Source: Bacteroidia bacterium (GTDB lineage Bacteria; Bacteroidota; Bacteroidia; AKYH767-A; 2013-40CM-41-45). Taken from it: DNA of 64,000 nt. Where the stretch lies: positions 56,144 to 120,143 of the forward strand of contig JAXLTM010000002.1 of NCBI GenBank assembly GCA_046330055.1, read 5' to 3'. The translations under genes and the position numbers were made by a program. Shown here one piece after another: positions 47,151 to 57,567 of this stretch. Position 1 is the stretch's first letter. Every line of letters starts with the position of its first letter. Under the pieces are notes generated by a model, which was not told the origin of the DNA, did no database searches, and saw only the letters and a list, made by a program, of their open reading frames with translations.

Positions 47151-50100
47151 AGCACACAAAAAAAATTATCCCGGCATTCATTTGGTTATTTTGTATTTGC
47201 TCATTTCATAGTAATGGACAAACCATCAAGAATTTCACCGGCGATCCTGTAAAGTTTGCAGAAGAAATGCGATCGTTCATTGAAGAAACAGATCGTAAGG
47301 AGGGTGAAAAGGTGATGGATGAATTCGAAAGGGAGTGGACGGCAAATAAATTTACGCCCGTACAACAGGAGGCTATCTACCGGACTGCAAATGCAATGCT
47401 GAGAAAGAGAATGAAAGCTGTGCCTGATTTCAAGAACTACATCATGGCATTGACCAGCTTTGCCCGTTCTACACAAAACCAACAGAGTTTTACATCGTGG
47501 CAAACTAGTCTCGACAAACTATTGCTGATGCCACCGCGATTCTTTGCCAATTACATGATTACCTGTAATAATCTCTTTGCATCAAATGCGCTTTATCAGT
47601 CGGCCTCGACCAATTGGCACAGTAATAACAAGGATTACTCATTCGATTTTGATTCACTGCCAAAAATTATTTTCCCGAAATTATTTTTGATCTGTTCTTC
47701 CAAAGGAGATTCATCAGTCATCTATGATACAAAAGGTGTTCTGTATCCTACCAAGCAGCTCTTTTACGGAGAAGGTGGCAAAGTTGACTGGACCAGAGCC
47801 GGCTGGGATCAAAAGGTTGTCTATGCCAATCTTGGAAATTATGTAGTAGATGTCACCGGCAGCGATTTTTCAGCTGACTCCGCTCAGTTTTTCTTTTCCA
47901 CATATTTCCCAAAACCATTGATAGGAAAATACACCGATAAAATTCTTGCAAATGCAACAGCCGACAATGCCAGCTATCCGCGTTTCGTTTCCTATGAAAA
48001 TGGCTTAGAGATTAAACAAATAGTTCCCGACGTTGATTATAAGGGTGGATTCTCACTCGTTGGAAATCGTATGATTGGATCCGGAACGACGGATGAAAAT
48101 GCAACGATAACTTTTTACAGAAATAAAAAGCCTTTCATGATTTTTGCCAGCAGAAATATTTCTGTCAGAAAAGAAAAGCTGACTTCCGACAATGCCAGCG
48201 TAACGATTCGATTTGAAAACGACAGTATCTATCATCCAAGTGTCACCTTCAAATATATCGTTGCTGATCGTGAGATCGCAATCATCAGAGGCGAGGAGGG
48301 TAAGTCCAAGAGTCCGTACTTTGATTCATTTCATCAGGTCGATATGTATTTCGACGGACTTTACTGGAAAATTGATGATCCGATTATTGATCTGAAAATG
48401 ATCAGCGGAGCTGGGGAGAGCAAGGCCACATTTGAATCATCGAATTATTTCAGGAAGTTGAGATTTATGAAGATGCAGGGATTAAGTTCAGTGCATCCGC
48501 TATTTACAATCAAGCAATATTGTGAGAAACACGATACCAAGGTAGTTCCGGTGGAAGGACTCGCATCGGAAATGAAACTTGCGCCGGGAGAAGTTCGCCA
48601 ATTACTGATCAGTTTGTCTGATCAGGGTATGGTTACCTATGACGGAGTTGAAGATAATGCCTATGTAAAGGATCGGTTGTTTTATTACCTGCTTGCCAAC
48701 GTCGGAAAAACAGATTACGATGTAATTCAGTTTGAGTCAATCATCAATGCAAAACCGAATGCAAGTATTAATTTGTTGAATTTTGAAATCACAATGCGCG
48801 GTCTGGCCCCGATTACGCTTAGTGATTCGCAGAACGTTGTTATTTATCCGACCGATATGGAAGTAAAACTCGGCAAGAACCGGAATTTCACTTTCGGAGG
48901 TCGTGTACATGCCGGACGATTTGATTTCTTCGGAAAGAAATTTGCCTTCGATTATCAGAATTTCAAAATCAATCTGGATAACGTCGACTCCTTACGACTG
49001 AAAGTTGAAAGCAATGATCCGAACGACGTCGATGATTACGGTAAACGGAAATTAGTTCCCGTTCGCAGCGTACTCGAAAATATCACCGGTGATTTGATCA
49101 TCGACTTTCAGGGAAATAAGTCGGGGCTTCATGATTATCCGAATTACCCGATCTTCAATTCAAAGAAGGACTCTTATGTAAATTATGATAAGCCTTACAT
49201 ACAGGAAGGTGTTTACACAAGAGATAAATTCTTTTTCCACCTAGATCCGTTTACGATCGACTCGCTTGACAATTTCTCGAAATCAGGTTTAAGATTTGAT
49301 GGCGAATTTGTGTCGGCAGGTATTTTCCCGGATTTCAGAGATACTCTCCGTTTACAGCCTGACCTTTCACTTGGATTGGTGCGTGAAACCGGAGATGCCG
49401 GCTGGTCAGCCTATGGCGGAAAAGGAAAATTTACAAATACAGTTAAATTGAGTAATGAAGGTTTACATGGCGATGGGAAAATCGATTACCTGACTTCTGT
49501 ATCGACATCGAAAGATTTTCTCTTTTTGCCAGATTCCATGAATTCAAACGTGGAGAAATTTGTTAACCGGAAAGAAAAATTGGGTGGCGTTGAATTTCCA
49601 GATGTGAAGGCAGAAACGGTTTACGAACATTGGGAACCTTATCATGATGTCATGTACATTACACAACGCGATAAGGAACTTTCTATGTATGAAGGACAGT
49701 CGACGATGAAAGGAGGTCTGCAATTGAAACCTACAGGTATGACCGGTTCAGGTATGATGGCATTTGCAGCCAGCGAACTCGAAGCCAATTTGTTTAAGTA
49801 CAAACTCAACTCGTTCGACGCAGATACATCGGATTTCCGACTTGCTTCCGATAATACCGCCGCTCTTGCATTCTCAACCAAAAATGTCAACTCTCACATT
49901 GATTTCACCAAACGCGTTGGTGAATTCAAATCAAACGGTGGCGGTTCTTATGTAAGCTTCCCGCTGAATCAGTACATCTGTTATATCGATCAGTTTAAAT
50001 GGTACATGGATCAGGCGGAAATTGAATTGTCGTCTGATAAAAATCAGTCACAGGCATCCGATACCTCACAATCCAGTTTGAGTCTGACCGGGTCTGACTT

Positions 50101-51631
50101 CATCTCCGTTGAGCCGCGACAGGATTCACTTCATTTCCTTGCGCCTTTTGCAAGATACTCTTTGAAAGATTATCTGATCAAGGCCGAAAAAGTTGCATTG
50201 ATACAAACTGCCGATGCTTCAGTAATTCCTGACAGCGGAAAAGTAGTTGTAGAGAGATATGCGAAAATGAGAACCTTCAGGGATGCACGCATCATTGCAA
50301 ATAACACAACAAAGTATCATACCATATACAATGCTACAGTCGACGTGCTTGGCAAGAAGAAATATCAGGGAAGCGGCGATTATGACTATATCGATGAAAA
50401 CAAGATCAAGCACCATTTCCATTTTGATGAAATCGGTGTTGATACGACAATACAAACGTATGCCGACGGACAACTGCAGGATACCAGCGGATTCCCGCTG
50501 AGTCCTCAGTTTATGTTCAAAGGAAATATTCACTTAGCAGCCGCGCAGGAGTATCTTACCTTTAATGGCTTTGCCAAACCGAATTTCCAGTGTTCCCTTA
50601 TTCAGCAAAACTGGATCCGTTTCAAAGGAGCAGTGAATCCGGCTAATGTGAGTATTCCGGTTAGCGGTCCGGTAACAGACGACGGTTCTAAACTCGCATC
50701 AGCAATTGCCCAGACCAGCGACAGTACAGGAATTTATGCGGCTTTCATGATGCCGAAAAGAAAAGCTTCTGATCTGGAAATCATCAGTGCTGATGGAGTG
50801 TTGTTCTATGATAAAGCTTCATCGCAATTCAGAATTACTACTCCTGAAAAACTGGAGAAGCCGGGAATAGCAGGAAATTATCTTTCGCTTGATGATAAAA
50901 AATGTTTGGTAAACGGTGAAGGCAAACTCAATTTCGGCTCAGACTTCGGTCAGTTGAAATTCCAGACTGTTGGAAGTGTATTGAACAATCTGAATAACGA
51001 TAGTACTTCATTTGATATCCTTGCCGCTATTGATTTCTTCTTTAATGATGATGCCTTGAAAGTACTGGCAGATCAATTGTCGACAAATGCAAGTTTGCAG
51101 GCAACACAGGATGTTGGTCGTGGTACCTATGAACACGGACTGGTTGAACTGGCCGGGAAAGAGAAAGCAGATAAATACATTGCCGAATTGAATCTTTACG
51201 GTTCATTCAAAAAAGTTCCTGAAGAATTGAGACATACACTTTTCATCAGCGAATTAAAAATGGTATGGAACAATGAAAGCCGCAGTTACCGTTCAACCGG
51301 TACGATTGGAATTTCGAATATCGATAAAACAAATGTCAACCGAAGGGTGAAAGGAATTGTAGAGGTCGTACACAAAAGAACCGGCGATGCACTTAATATT
51401 TACCTGGAACCTGAAAACGGAACTTGGTATTATTTCTCATATTCACGAGGACTCTTACAGGCTATTTCATCAAACACTGCTTTTAATGATGCTATCAATA
51501 AAGTTAAACCGGATAAACGTGTAAATAAAGAAAAAGACAAACCTGACCTTGAGTACATGCTATCTACCGACCGGGCGGTAAAAAATTTCCTGCGCAAAAT
51601 GCAACCTGCTCAGGAGGAAGAGGAAAAATAG
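47147..51631 (+). CDS. very large (about 1494 aa) secreted hypothetical protein
   Basis: Start at MKHTKKIIPAFIWLFCICSFHSNGQ (signal peptide) overlapping the prmA stop, followed by a long uninterrupted frame with no recognised domains. Confidence 0.7.
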   Translation: MKHTKKIIPAFIWLFCICSFHSNGQTIKNFTGDPVKFAEEMRSFIEETDRKEGEKVMDEFEREWTANKFTPVQQEAIYRTANAMLRKRMKAVPDFKNYIMALTSFARSTQNQQSFTSWQTSLDKLLLMPPRFFANYMITCNNLFASNALYQSASTNWHSNNKDYSFDFDSLPKIIFPKLFLICSSKGDSSVIYDTKGVLYPTKQLFYGEGGKVDWTRAGWDQKVVYANLGNYVVDVTGSDFSADSAQFFFSTYFPKPLIGKYTDKILANATADNASYPRFVSYENGLEIKQIVPDVDYKGGFSLVGNRMIGSGTTDENATITFYRNKKPFMIFASRNISVRKEKLTSDNASVTIRFENDSIYHPSVTFKYIVADREIAIIRGEEGKSKSPYFDSFHQVDMYFDGLYWKIDDPIIDLKMISGAGESKATFESSNYFRKLRFMKMQGLSSVHPLFTIKQYCEKHDTKVVPVEGLASEMKLAPGEVRQLLISLSDQGMVTYDGVEDNAYVKDRLFYYLLANVGKTDYDVIQFESIINAKPNASINLLNFEITMRGLAPITLSDSQNVVIYPTDMEVKLGKNRNFTFGGRVHAGRFDFFGKKFAFDYQNFKINLDNVDSLRLKVESNDPNDVDDYGKRKLVPVRSVLENITGDLIIDFQGNKSGLHDYPNYPIFNSKKDSYVNYDKPYIQEGVYTRDKFFFHLDPFTIDSLDNFSKSGLRFDGEFVSAGIFPDFRDTLRLQPDLSLGLVRETGDAGWSAYGGKGKFTNTVKLSNEGLHGDGKIDYLTSVSTSKDFLFLPDSMNSNVEKFVNRKEKLGGVEFPDVKAETVYEHWEPYHDVMYITQRDKELSMYEGQSTMKGGLQLKPTGMTGSGMMAFAASELEANLFKYKLNSFDADTSDFRLASDNTAALAFSTKNVNSHIDFTKRVGEFKSNGGGSYVSFPLNQYICYIDQFKWYMDQAEIELSSDKNQSQASDTSQSSLSLTGSDFISVEPRQDSLHFLAPFARYSLKDYLIKAEKVALIQTADASVIPDSGKVVVERYAKMRTFRDARIIANNTTKYHTIYNATVDVLGKKKYQGSGDYDYIDENKIKHHFHFDEIGVDTTIQTYADGQLQDTSGFPLSPQFMFKGNIHLAAAQEYLTFNGFAKPNFQCSLIQQNWIRFKGAVNPANVSIPVSGPVTDDGSKLASAIAQTSDSTGIYAAFMMPKRKASDLEIISADGVLFYDKASSQFRITTPEKLEKPGIAGNYLSLDDKKCLVNGEGKLNFGSDFGQLKFQTVGSVLNNLNNDSTSFDILAAIDFFFNDDALKVLADQLSTNASLQATQDVGRGTYEHGLVELAGKEKADKYIAELNLYGSFKKVPEELRHTLFISELKMVWNNESRSYRSTGTIGISNIDKTNVNRRVKGIVEVVHKRTGDALNIYLEPENGTWYYFSYSRGLLQAISSNTAFNDAINKVKPDKRVNKEKDKPDLEYMLSTDRAVKNFLRKMQPAQEEEEK

Positions 51632-51664
51632 GGAATGTTGATTATTAACGCACGATTCTGTATG

Positions 51665-51700
51665 ATTGCGGGCCGGTTTCTCATCGACCCGCAATTCTTT
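51665..51700 (+). terminator. hairpin after the large ORF (possible terminator)
   Basis: attgcggg...cccgcaat followed by tcttt. The T-run is weak. Confidence 0.4.
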
Positions 51701-51721
51701 ATTAATCAGACTATCAGATAA

Positions 51722-52387
51722 ATGCTGACGTTGCCAAATATTTTCGGTCTGCTTGTAGGCTACCTCGTTGGGAGTATACCTTCCGCGGTTTGGGTAGGCC
51801 GGACCTTTTATGGAGTGGACGTCAGAGAGTATGGCAGCGGAAATGCAGGGGCAACAAATACGTTTCGCGTACTTGGGAAAAAACCCGGAATCGCTGTTCT
51901 TATCATGGATGCATTGAAGGGATTTATCGCCGTTAAACTGGCCTACATTCTCGGCGATTATGATTCACATTCACCCGAGTTTATCGATTTTGAACTGGCA
52001 CTTGCAGTAACAGCCTTACTCGGACATATCTTCCCCGTTTATGTTGGTTTCAGAGGAGGAAAGGGAGTCGCAACGATGTTAGGAATTCTTGTTGCCGTCC
52101 ATACTGAAGCTGCTATTATCTGCGCTGCCGTTTTTATTCTCACATTATACTTATCCGGACATGTATCCTTAAGTTCCATGATCAGCGGAATTACTTTTCC
52201 TGTGGTAATCATGGTATTTTACAGTACCAATTCCAGTATAAATATCTTTTCGCTTGCAGTTGCGATTTTAATCTTAGTGACGCATCAGAGAAATATTGAA
52301 AGACTTATTCGTGGCGAAGAGTCAATCGTGAAATGGTCGCTCAGAGGCAAACGCCTTGCAGCACAAAAGAAAGAGCAGACCCAATAA
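51722..52387 (+). CDS. plsY: glycerol-3-phosphate acyltransferase PlsY
   Basis: YGSGNAGATNTFRVLG is the PlsY signature and the membrane topology is consistent. Confidence 0.85.
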   Translation: MLTLPNIFGLLVGYLVGSIPSAVWVGRTFYGVDVREYGSGNAGATNTFRVLGKKPGIAVLIMDALKGFIAVKLAYILGDYDSHSPEFIDFELALAVTALLGHIFPVYVGFRGGKGVATMLGILVAVHTEAAIICAAVFILTLYLSGHVSLSSMISGITFPVVIMVFYSTNSSINIFSLAVAILILVTHQRNIERLIRGEESIVKWSLRGKRLAAQKKEQTQ

Positions 52388-53263
52388 TCATTGTCCTTTC
52401 TGAATTTTTTTGATCCACATTGAATAATCTGTTCCCGGATTCAACAGGGCAGCCATCCTGAAATCTTTTATAGCGCGTGATTTGGAATTAACATAACTGA
52501 GCATAATCCCTCGGTGAAAGTATGCATCAACAAACCTCTGATTGAGTTTGATGACTCTGTCGAAGTCTTTAATCATGTTCCATGCAAGCTCGGCTGATAA
52601 TTCCAAATGATGCAGCTTGTACATGGCTCTGTCGTAAATGACAGATGCATTGTCAGGGTCGTAGTCGATTGCAATGTTATACTGACGGAGAATGTCATCA
52701 TCATCAGCCTTGCTTTTTTCTAATTCTTTAGCCTTCAGGGCAGCTTCTTCCGATTTAATCTTATTGACTGTTTTGTATTTGTCGATCAGAAAATCTGCTG
52801 CCGGTTGTTCAGTTTCAGAAAATCGATGGCGGACATATTCTTCGTACCTTGAATAGCGGAAAAAATTGTGATAGGTGCGTGGATTCATCCATGCAGCAGC
52901 TGAAAGCAAAAATGAAATAAATGCCCACGTAATCAACTGGAGATTTCCTTTGCGCGCTTTCAGAAAGAACAGAATGGAAAAGCCAATCCAGGTTAACCAG
53001 AAGAATAATGCGTTTTCAGCCGGCGGAATCCAGTATTGTAATTGGGCGACTGTGAGAAGCAAATAAAAGCTGAATGCGATGTATATAAATACCTGCATCC
53101 TGTATTTTTCCTGAATGGAAACAGCGCTTCTTAACATTTCTACCGAAATGAATACTGCAGCGGGAAATAAGAGGAAGACGCAAATGCCGAAACCGTTTTT
53201 CTTCAGAATAAGCCCTGCTAAAAAGAGGATGATCAGTAAATATCGTCTGGTGCTTCGGCTCAT
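52388..53263 (-). CDS. hypothetical membrane protein with a C-terminal TPR-like region
   Basis: Several N-terminal hydrophobic helices and a C-terminal YDRAMYKLHH...YFHRGIML TPR-like helix pair. Confidence 0.5.
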   Translation of the reverse strand: MSRSTRRYLLIILFLAGLILKKNGFGICVFLLFPAAVFISVEMLRSAVSIQEKYRMQVFIYIAFSFYLLLTVAQLQYWIPPAENALFFWLTWIGFSILFFLKARKGNLQLITWAFISFLLSAAAWMNPRTYHNFFRYSRYEEYVRHRFSETEQPAADFLIDKYKTVNKIKSEEAALKAKELEKSKADDDDILRQYNIAIDYDPDNASVIYDRAMYKLHHLELSAELAWNMIKDFDRVIKLNQRFVDAYFHRGIMLSYVNSKSRAIKDFRMAALLNPGTDYSMWIKKIQKGQ

Positions 53264-53401
53264 TGACGGCTAAAATAATTTGCCGTGATGAAGGTAGAAA
53301 ATACAACCGACTTTTTCCACGTTTCTTTTGTTAAGAACCTGTCACTAACGACCTTATTCCTGGGCTTATTGAACTTACTTTTACAAGATTACTCTCTGTG
53401 T

Positions 53402-56332
53402 ATGAAAAGATTTCTTTTTAGTCTGGTTTTGCTATTGGCCTCCGCATCAATGAAAGGCGGAACAATAATTCAACCGCCTTTTTATTCCGAACAAGCTGAA
53501 CGTTGGGCTGATTCTGTGCTGGCTACCTTGTCGCCGGATGAACGCATCTCTCAACTGATGATGGTTTCAGTCTATTCCAACCGCGATTCGTCACATCTCA
53601 GAGATATCAGGAAAATGGTGACCGACTGGGGTATCGGAGGGATTATATTTTTTCAGGGCGGGCCGGTCAGAGAAGCTCTTATGACAAATGAACTTCAGAA
53701 GGCTTCTAAAATTCCATTGCTGGTTGGCATTGACGGTGAGTGGGGATTATCAATGCGACTCGACAGTACTGTCCGTTTTCCCAGACAAATGACCATGTCG
53801 GCCACCACTGATGATAGCTTGATTTATGAAATGGGAAAAATGGTTGCAAAGCAATGCAACCGTATGGGCATACATACTAATTTCTCACCTGATCTTGATG
53901 TCAATAATAATCCGCTCAATCCTGTAATCGGAAGCCGCTCGTTCGGTGATGATCCGGAAACTGTTTATCGAAGGAGTCTGATGTACATGAATGGTTTGCA
54001 CGCGGGTCGGATACTGACTACAGGAAAACATTTTCCGGGACATGGTAATGCAGATACTGACTCGCATCTTGCTTTGCCAATGATCAATCAGAGCCGGAGT
54101 GGTCTGGATTCTGTTGAGTTATATCCTTTCCGCAAACTTATCAATGACGGATTGGGTGGTGTCATGGTCGCTCACCTCAATGTGCCTTCTCTTGATTCAA
54201 CACCAAATCTCCCTTCAACACTTTCCAGGCCTATCGTAACGGATTTGCTTAAAAATCAACTTAGCTTCAAAGGATTAATATTTACCGATGCCCTTACGAT
54301 GAAAGGTGTAAGTGCATGCTATAAACCGGGACAGTTGGAAAAGCTTGCATTGATGGCAGGCAATGATATCTTACTTTGTCTGGAAGATGTGCATAAGGCA
54401 GTGGAAGAAATTCATTTCGCCGTTCAAAATTGTGAGATTGACGAGAGTGAAATTAATGAGAAAGCAAAAAAACTTTTAATGGTGAAATACTGGTGTGGTT
54501 TAAATAACTATACAACAATAGACACCACCGGACTGATTGCTGATTTGAATTCTCCTGATGCAATAGCGTTACAGCGTAGACTATATGAAAAATCAATTAC
54601 ACTTCTGAGTAACAGAGATTCGGTTTTGCCAATCCACTTTAAAGACTCGCTTCGCATTGCATCGGTGTGTATCGGTGATTTGAAAGGAAATGCTTTTCAG
54701 CGGCAATTGTCAGCTTACCTTCCTGTTGAGTGGTTTGCCGAAGATAAAGACGCACCGGTTTCAGTTTTCAGTGCACTGTTCTCCTATCTGGAGAATTTTG
54801 ATCTTGTTATTCTCAGCATGCATGGAACATCAATGAAGGCTCAAAATAATTATGGCATTCCTGAGGCAGCACGAGTATTCATTGACAGCGTTCTCACCAG
54901 ATATAAAACCATATTTGTTGACTTTGGGAATGCATACACCTTGTCGAGGTTTACAGCCTTGGATAAGGCATCCGCTGTCCTCTTGTCATACGAAGATTTT
55001 CCACTCACGCATTCAATCACCGCTCAGACGATAATGGGCGGATTAAAAATCAGTGGAAAAATTCCTGTCAACAGCACTGCTGAAATAAGGAGAAACAACG
55101 GACTGGAAACAGGCATGCCGACACGACTGAGTTATGGTACACCGGAAGAAGCAGGATTATCAACGGAAGGATTGAGCCGTATAGATTCTATTGTGACCGG
55201 CGCCATCCGCGCACAGGCTATGCCCGGCTGTCAGGTACTGGTTGCACGACATGGAAAAGTTGTCTATCAAAAAGCTTTCGGAACAAAAACATATGGTTCA
55301 GCAGATTCAGTAAGAACAACAGATTTGTATGACATAGCTAGCGTTACAAAAGTTGCTGCAACAGCACTGGCAACAATGAAGCTTTTTGATATGAAGAAGA
55401 TTGATCTCAATCAGCCATTGTCAAAGTATCTGACCCGATTGAAGTCAACAAATAAAAAGGGCCTTACGATTAAAGAAATTCTGACGCATCAGGCAGGTTT
55501 ACAGGCATGGATTCCGTTTTATAAGCAAACGATGAATGGCTCTGCTTACAGAGATGGAATTTATTCGAGACAGTTGAAGGATAATTTTACGATTCGTGTT
55601 GCTGATAGTTTGTATCTGAATTCAACTTATACAGACAGTCTTTCAAGCTGGATCATGAATTCTGAAGTTAAAGATCGTGGCAAGTATGTTTATAGTGATC
55701 TTGGTCCGATTCTCATGAAGATAACCACTGAAAAGATTACCGGGAAAGCATTTGATCAATTTTTAAATGAAAACTTTTATCGCCCGCTTGGTCTCACAAG
55801 ATTCGGTTTTTCTCCGCGCAAAAAATATCCGCTTAGTGAAATCGTCCCTACTGAAAATGATACAATCTTCAGAAAGCAGTTAGTAAGAGGAGATGTCCAC
55901 GATCCTGCAGCAGCCATGATGGGAGGAGTATCCGGTAATGCCGGCATATTCAGTGATGCAAATGATCTGGCTGTTTTGATGCAAATGTTGCTCAACAAGG
56001 GAACTTATGGAGGTGTCCGTTACCTGAATCCGAATACGGTGGATTTGTTTACCAGATCTCAGTTTGTACAAAACCATAATCGTCGTGGTTTACTCTTCGA
56101 CAAACCGGAACCTGATTCTTCAAAGTCCAGCCCGTGCGCCAAAGAATGTTCTCCGCTTACTTTTGGTCACCAGGGTTTTACAGGAACTTGTGTTTGGGTT
56201 GACCCGAAGTATGATCTGATCTATATTTTCCTTTCCAATCGTGTAAATCCTGATGCGGGAAATGACAAGTTGGTCAGGCTAAATGTTCGTACATCCATTC
56301 AGTCAGCCATTTACAAGGCAATCCTGCCTTAA
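53402..56332 (+). CDS. fusion of glycoside hydrolase family 3 (NagZ-like) with a beta-lactamase/serine hydrolase domain
   Basis: GH3: KIPLLVGIDGEWGLSMR, GKHFPGHG. C-terminal domain: SVTK (SxxK), ...YSDLG..., HQGFTGTC. Start placed at MKRFLFSLVLLLASA (signal peptide) rather than the ORF-track start at 53285. Confidence 0.8.
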   Translation: MKRFLFSLVLLLASASMKGGTIIQPPFYSEQAERWADSVLATLSPDERISQLMMVSVYSNRDSSHLRDIRKMVTDWGIGGIIFFQGGPVREALMTNELQKASKIPLLVGIDGEWGLSMRLDSTVRFPRQMTMSATTDDSLIYEMGKMVAKQCNRMGIHTNFSPDLDVNNNPLNPVIGSRSFGDDPETVYRRSLMYMNGLHAGRILTTGKHFPGHGNADTDSHLALPMINQSRSGLDSVELYPFRKLINDGLGGVMVAHLNVPSLDSTPNLPSTLSRPIVTDLLKNQLSFKGLIFTDALTMKGVSACYKPGQLEKLALMAGNDILLCLEDVHKAVEEIHFAVQNCEIDESEINEKAKKLLMVKYWCGLNNYTTIDTTGLIADLNSPDAIALQRRLYEKSITLLSNRDSVLPIHFKDSLRIASVCIGDLKGNAFQRQLSAYLPVEWFAEDKDAPVSVFSALFSYLENFDLVILSMHGTSMKAQNNYGIPEAARVFIDSVLTRYKTIFVDFGNAYTLSRFTALDKASAVLLSYEDFPLTHSITAQTIMGGLKISGKIPVNSTAEIRRNNGLETGMPTRLSYGTPEEAGLSTEGLSRIDSIVTGAIRAQAMPGCQVLVARHGKVVYQKAFGTKTYGSADSVRTTDLYDIASVTKVAATALATMKLFDMKKIDLNQPLSKYLTRLKSTNKKGLTIKEILTHQAGLQAWIPFYKQTMNGSAYRDGIYSRQLKDNFTIRVADSLYLNSTYTDSLSSWIMNSEVKDRGKYVYSDLGPILMKITTEKITGKAFDQFLNENFYRPLGLTRFGFSPRKKYPLSEIVPTENDTIFRKQLVRGDVHDPAAAMMGGVSGNAGIFSDANDLAVLMQMLLNKGTYGGVRYLNPNTVDLFTRSQFVQNHNRRGLLFDKPEPDSSKSSPCAKECSPLTFGHQGFTGTCVWVDPKYDLIYIFLSNRVNPDAGNDKLVRLNVRTSIQSAIYKAILP

Positions 56333-56396
56333 TATCGCTCAGACTTCTGCTTTTCGCGGGTATTGTTTTTTAGTCTAAATTTAACCCGGAAACGCA

Positions 56397-57518
56397 ATGA
56401 TGAAAATTGGAATTTTATGTTACCCCACTTTTGGCGGAAGTGGAGTAGTAGCAACAGAACTGGGTAAAGCGCTTGCCGAAAAAGGGCACAGCGTTCACTT
56501 CATTACCTACAGTCAACCTGTACGCCTTGAACATTTCACCGAAAATGTTTTTTATCACGAAGTATCTGTAGCGGAATATCCGCTCTTTGAATATGCTCCT
56601 TATGAAACAGCGCTAACCAGTAAACTGGTTGATGTGGCTCGTTTCGAAAACCTGGATATCGTTCACGTGCATTATGCCATTCCTCATGCTTCTGTTGCAT
56701 ATATGGCCAAACAAATTATGGCTGCACAGGGGATTCATCTTCCTTTTATCACTACGCTGCATGGAACGGATATCACACTCGTCGGGAAAAATGACAGTTA
56801 CAATCCCGTTGTAACGTTTGCAATCAATCAGAGCGATGCAGTGACTTCCGTTTCGGAATCTCTTCGTCAGGAAACTTTTGCGAATTTTAAGATCGATAAA
56901 GACATCAAAGTTATTCCGAACTTCATCGATATGCGCCGGTTTAGCAAGCAGCGTCGCGATCATTTTCGCCGGGCCATCGCTCCCAATAACGAACGTCTGA
57001 TCGTACACGCATCAAACTTCCGTCCGGTCAAACGAGTCAGCGATGTGGTACAGGTCTTCAACAGGGTGGTAGAAAAGATTCCGGCAAAACTTCTGTTGAT
57101 TGGCGATGGACCTGAGCGGAGCAGAGTAGAGAAGGAGTGCCGCGAATCAAAAGCATGCGATCACATTCGGTTTCTGGGAAAGATTGATGTGGTTGAAGAA
57201 GTATTATCTATTTGCGATTTATTTGTTCTTCCTTCAGAAACTGAATCATTCGGTTTGGCTGCTCTTGAAGCTATGGCATGTCAGGTCCCGGTCATCAGCA
57301 CCAACACAGGCGGTATTCCTGAATTAAATAAGCAAGGTTACTCGGGTTTTATGAGCAACGTCGGCGATGTCGAAGACATGGCTAAAAATGCCATCACGAT
57401 TCTGGAAAATGATGCCATGCTTGCAAAGTTCAAACAGCAGGCTTTGGATCATGCGCACAGTTTTGACATAAGAAAAATCATGCCTTTGTATGAAAAATCT
57501 ATATCGGGAAGTCATTGA
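56397..57518 (+). CDS. bshA: N-acetyl-alpha-D-glucosaminyl L-malate synthase (bacillithiol biosynthesis glycosyltransferase)
   Basis: KIGILCYPTFGGSGVVATELGKALAEKGHSVHFIT...DIVHVHYAIPHA...TTLHGTDIT is near-collinear with Bacillus BshA. Confidence 0.85.
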   Translation: MMKIGILCYPTFGGSGVVATELGKALAEKGHSVHFITYSQPVRLEHFTENVFYHEVSVAEYPLFEYAPYETALTSKLVDVARFENLDIVHVHYAIPHASVAYMAKQIMAAQGIHLPFITTLHGTDITLVGKNDSYNPVVTFAINQSDAVTSVSESLRQETFANFKIDKDIKVIPNFIDMRRFSKQRRDHFRRAIAPNNERLIVHASNFRPVKRVSDVVQVFNRVVEKIPAKLLLIGDGPERSRVEKECRESKACDHIRFLGKIDVVEEVLSICDLFVLPSETESFGLAALEAMACQVPVISTNTGGIPELNKQGYSGFMSNVGDVEDMAKNAITILENDAMLAKFKQQALDHAHSFDIRKIMPLYEKSISGSH

Positions 57519-57567
57519 CCGGAAATTGTAATTGATTAATTTGTATCGGTAATTTAAATCATCCGAT

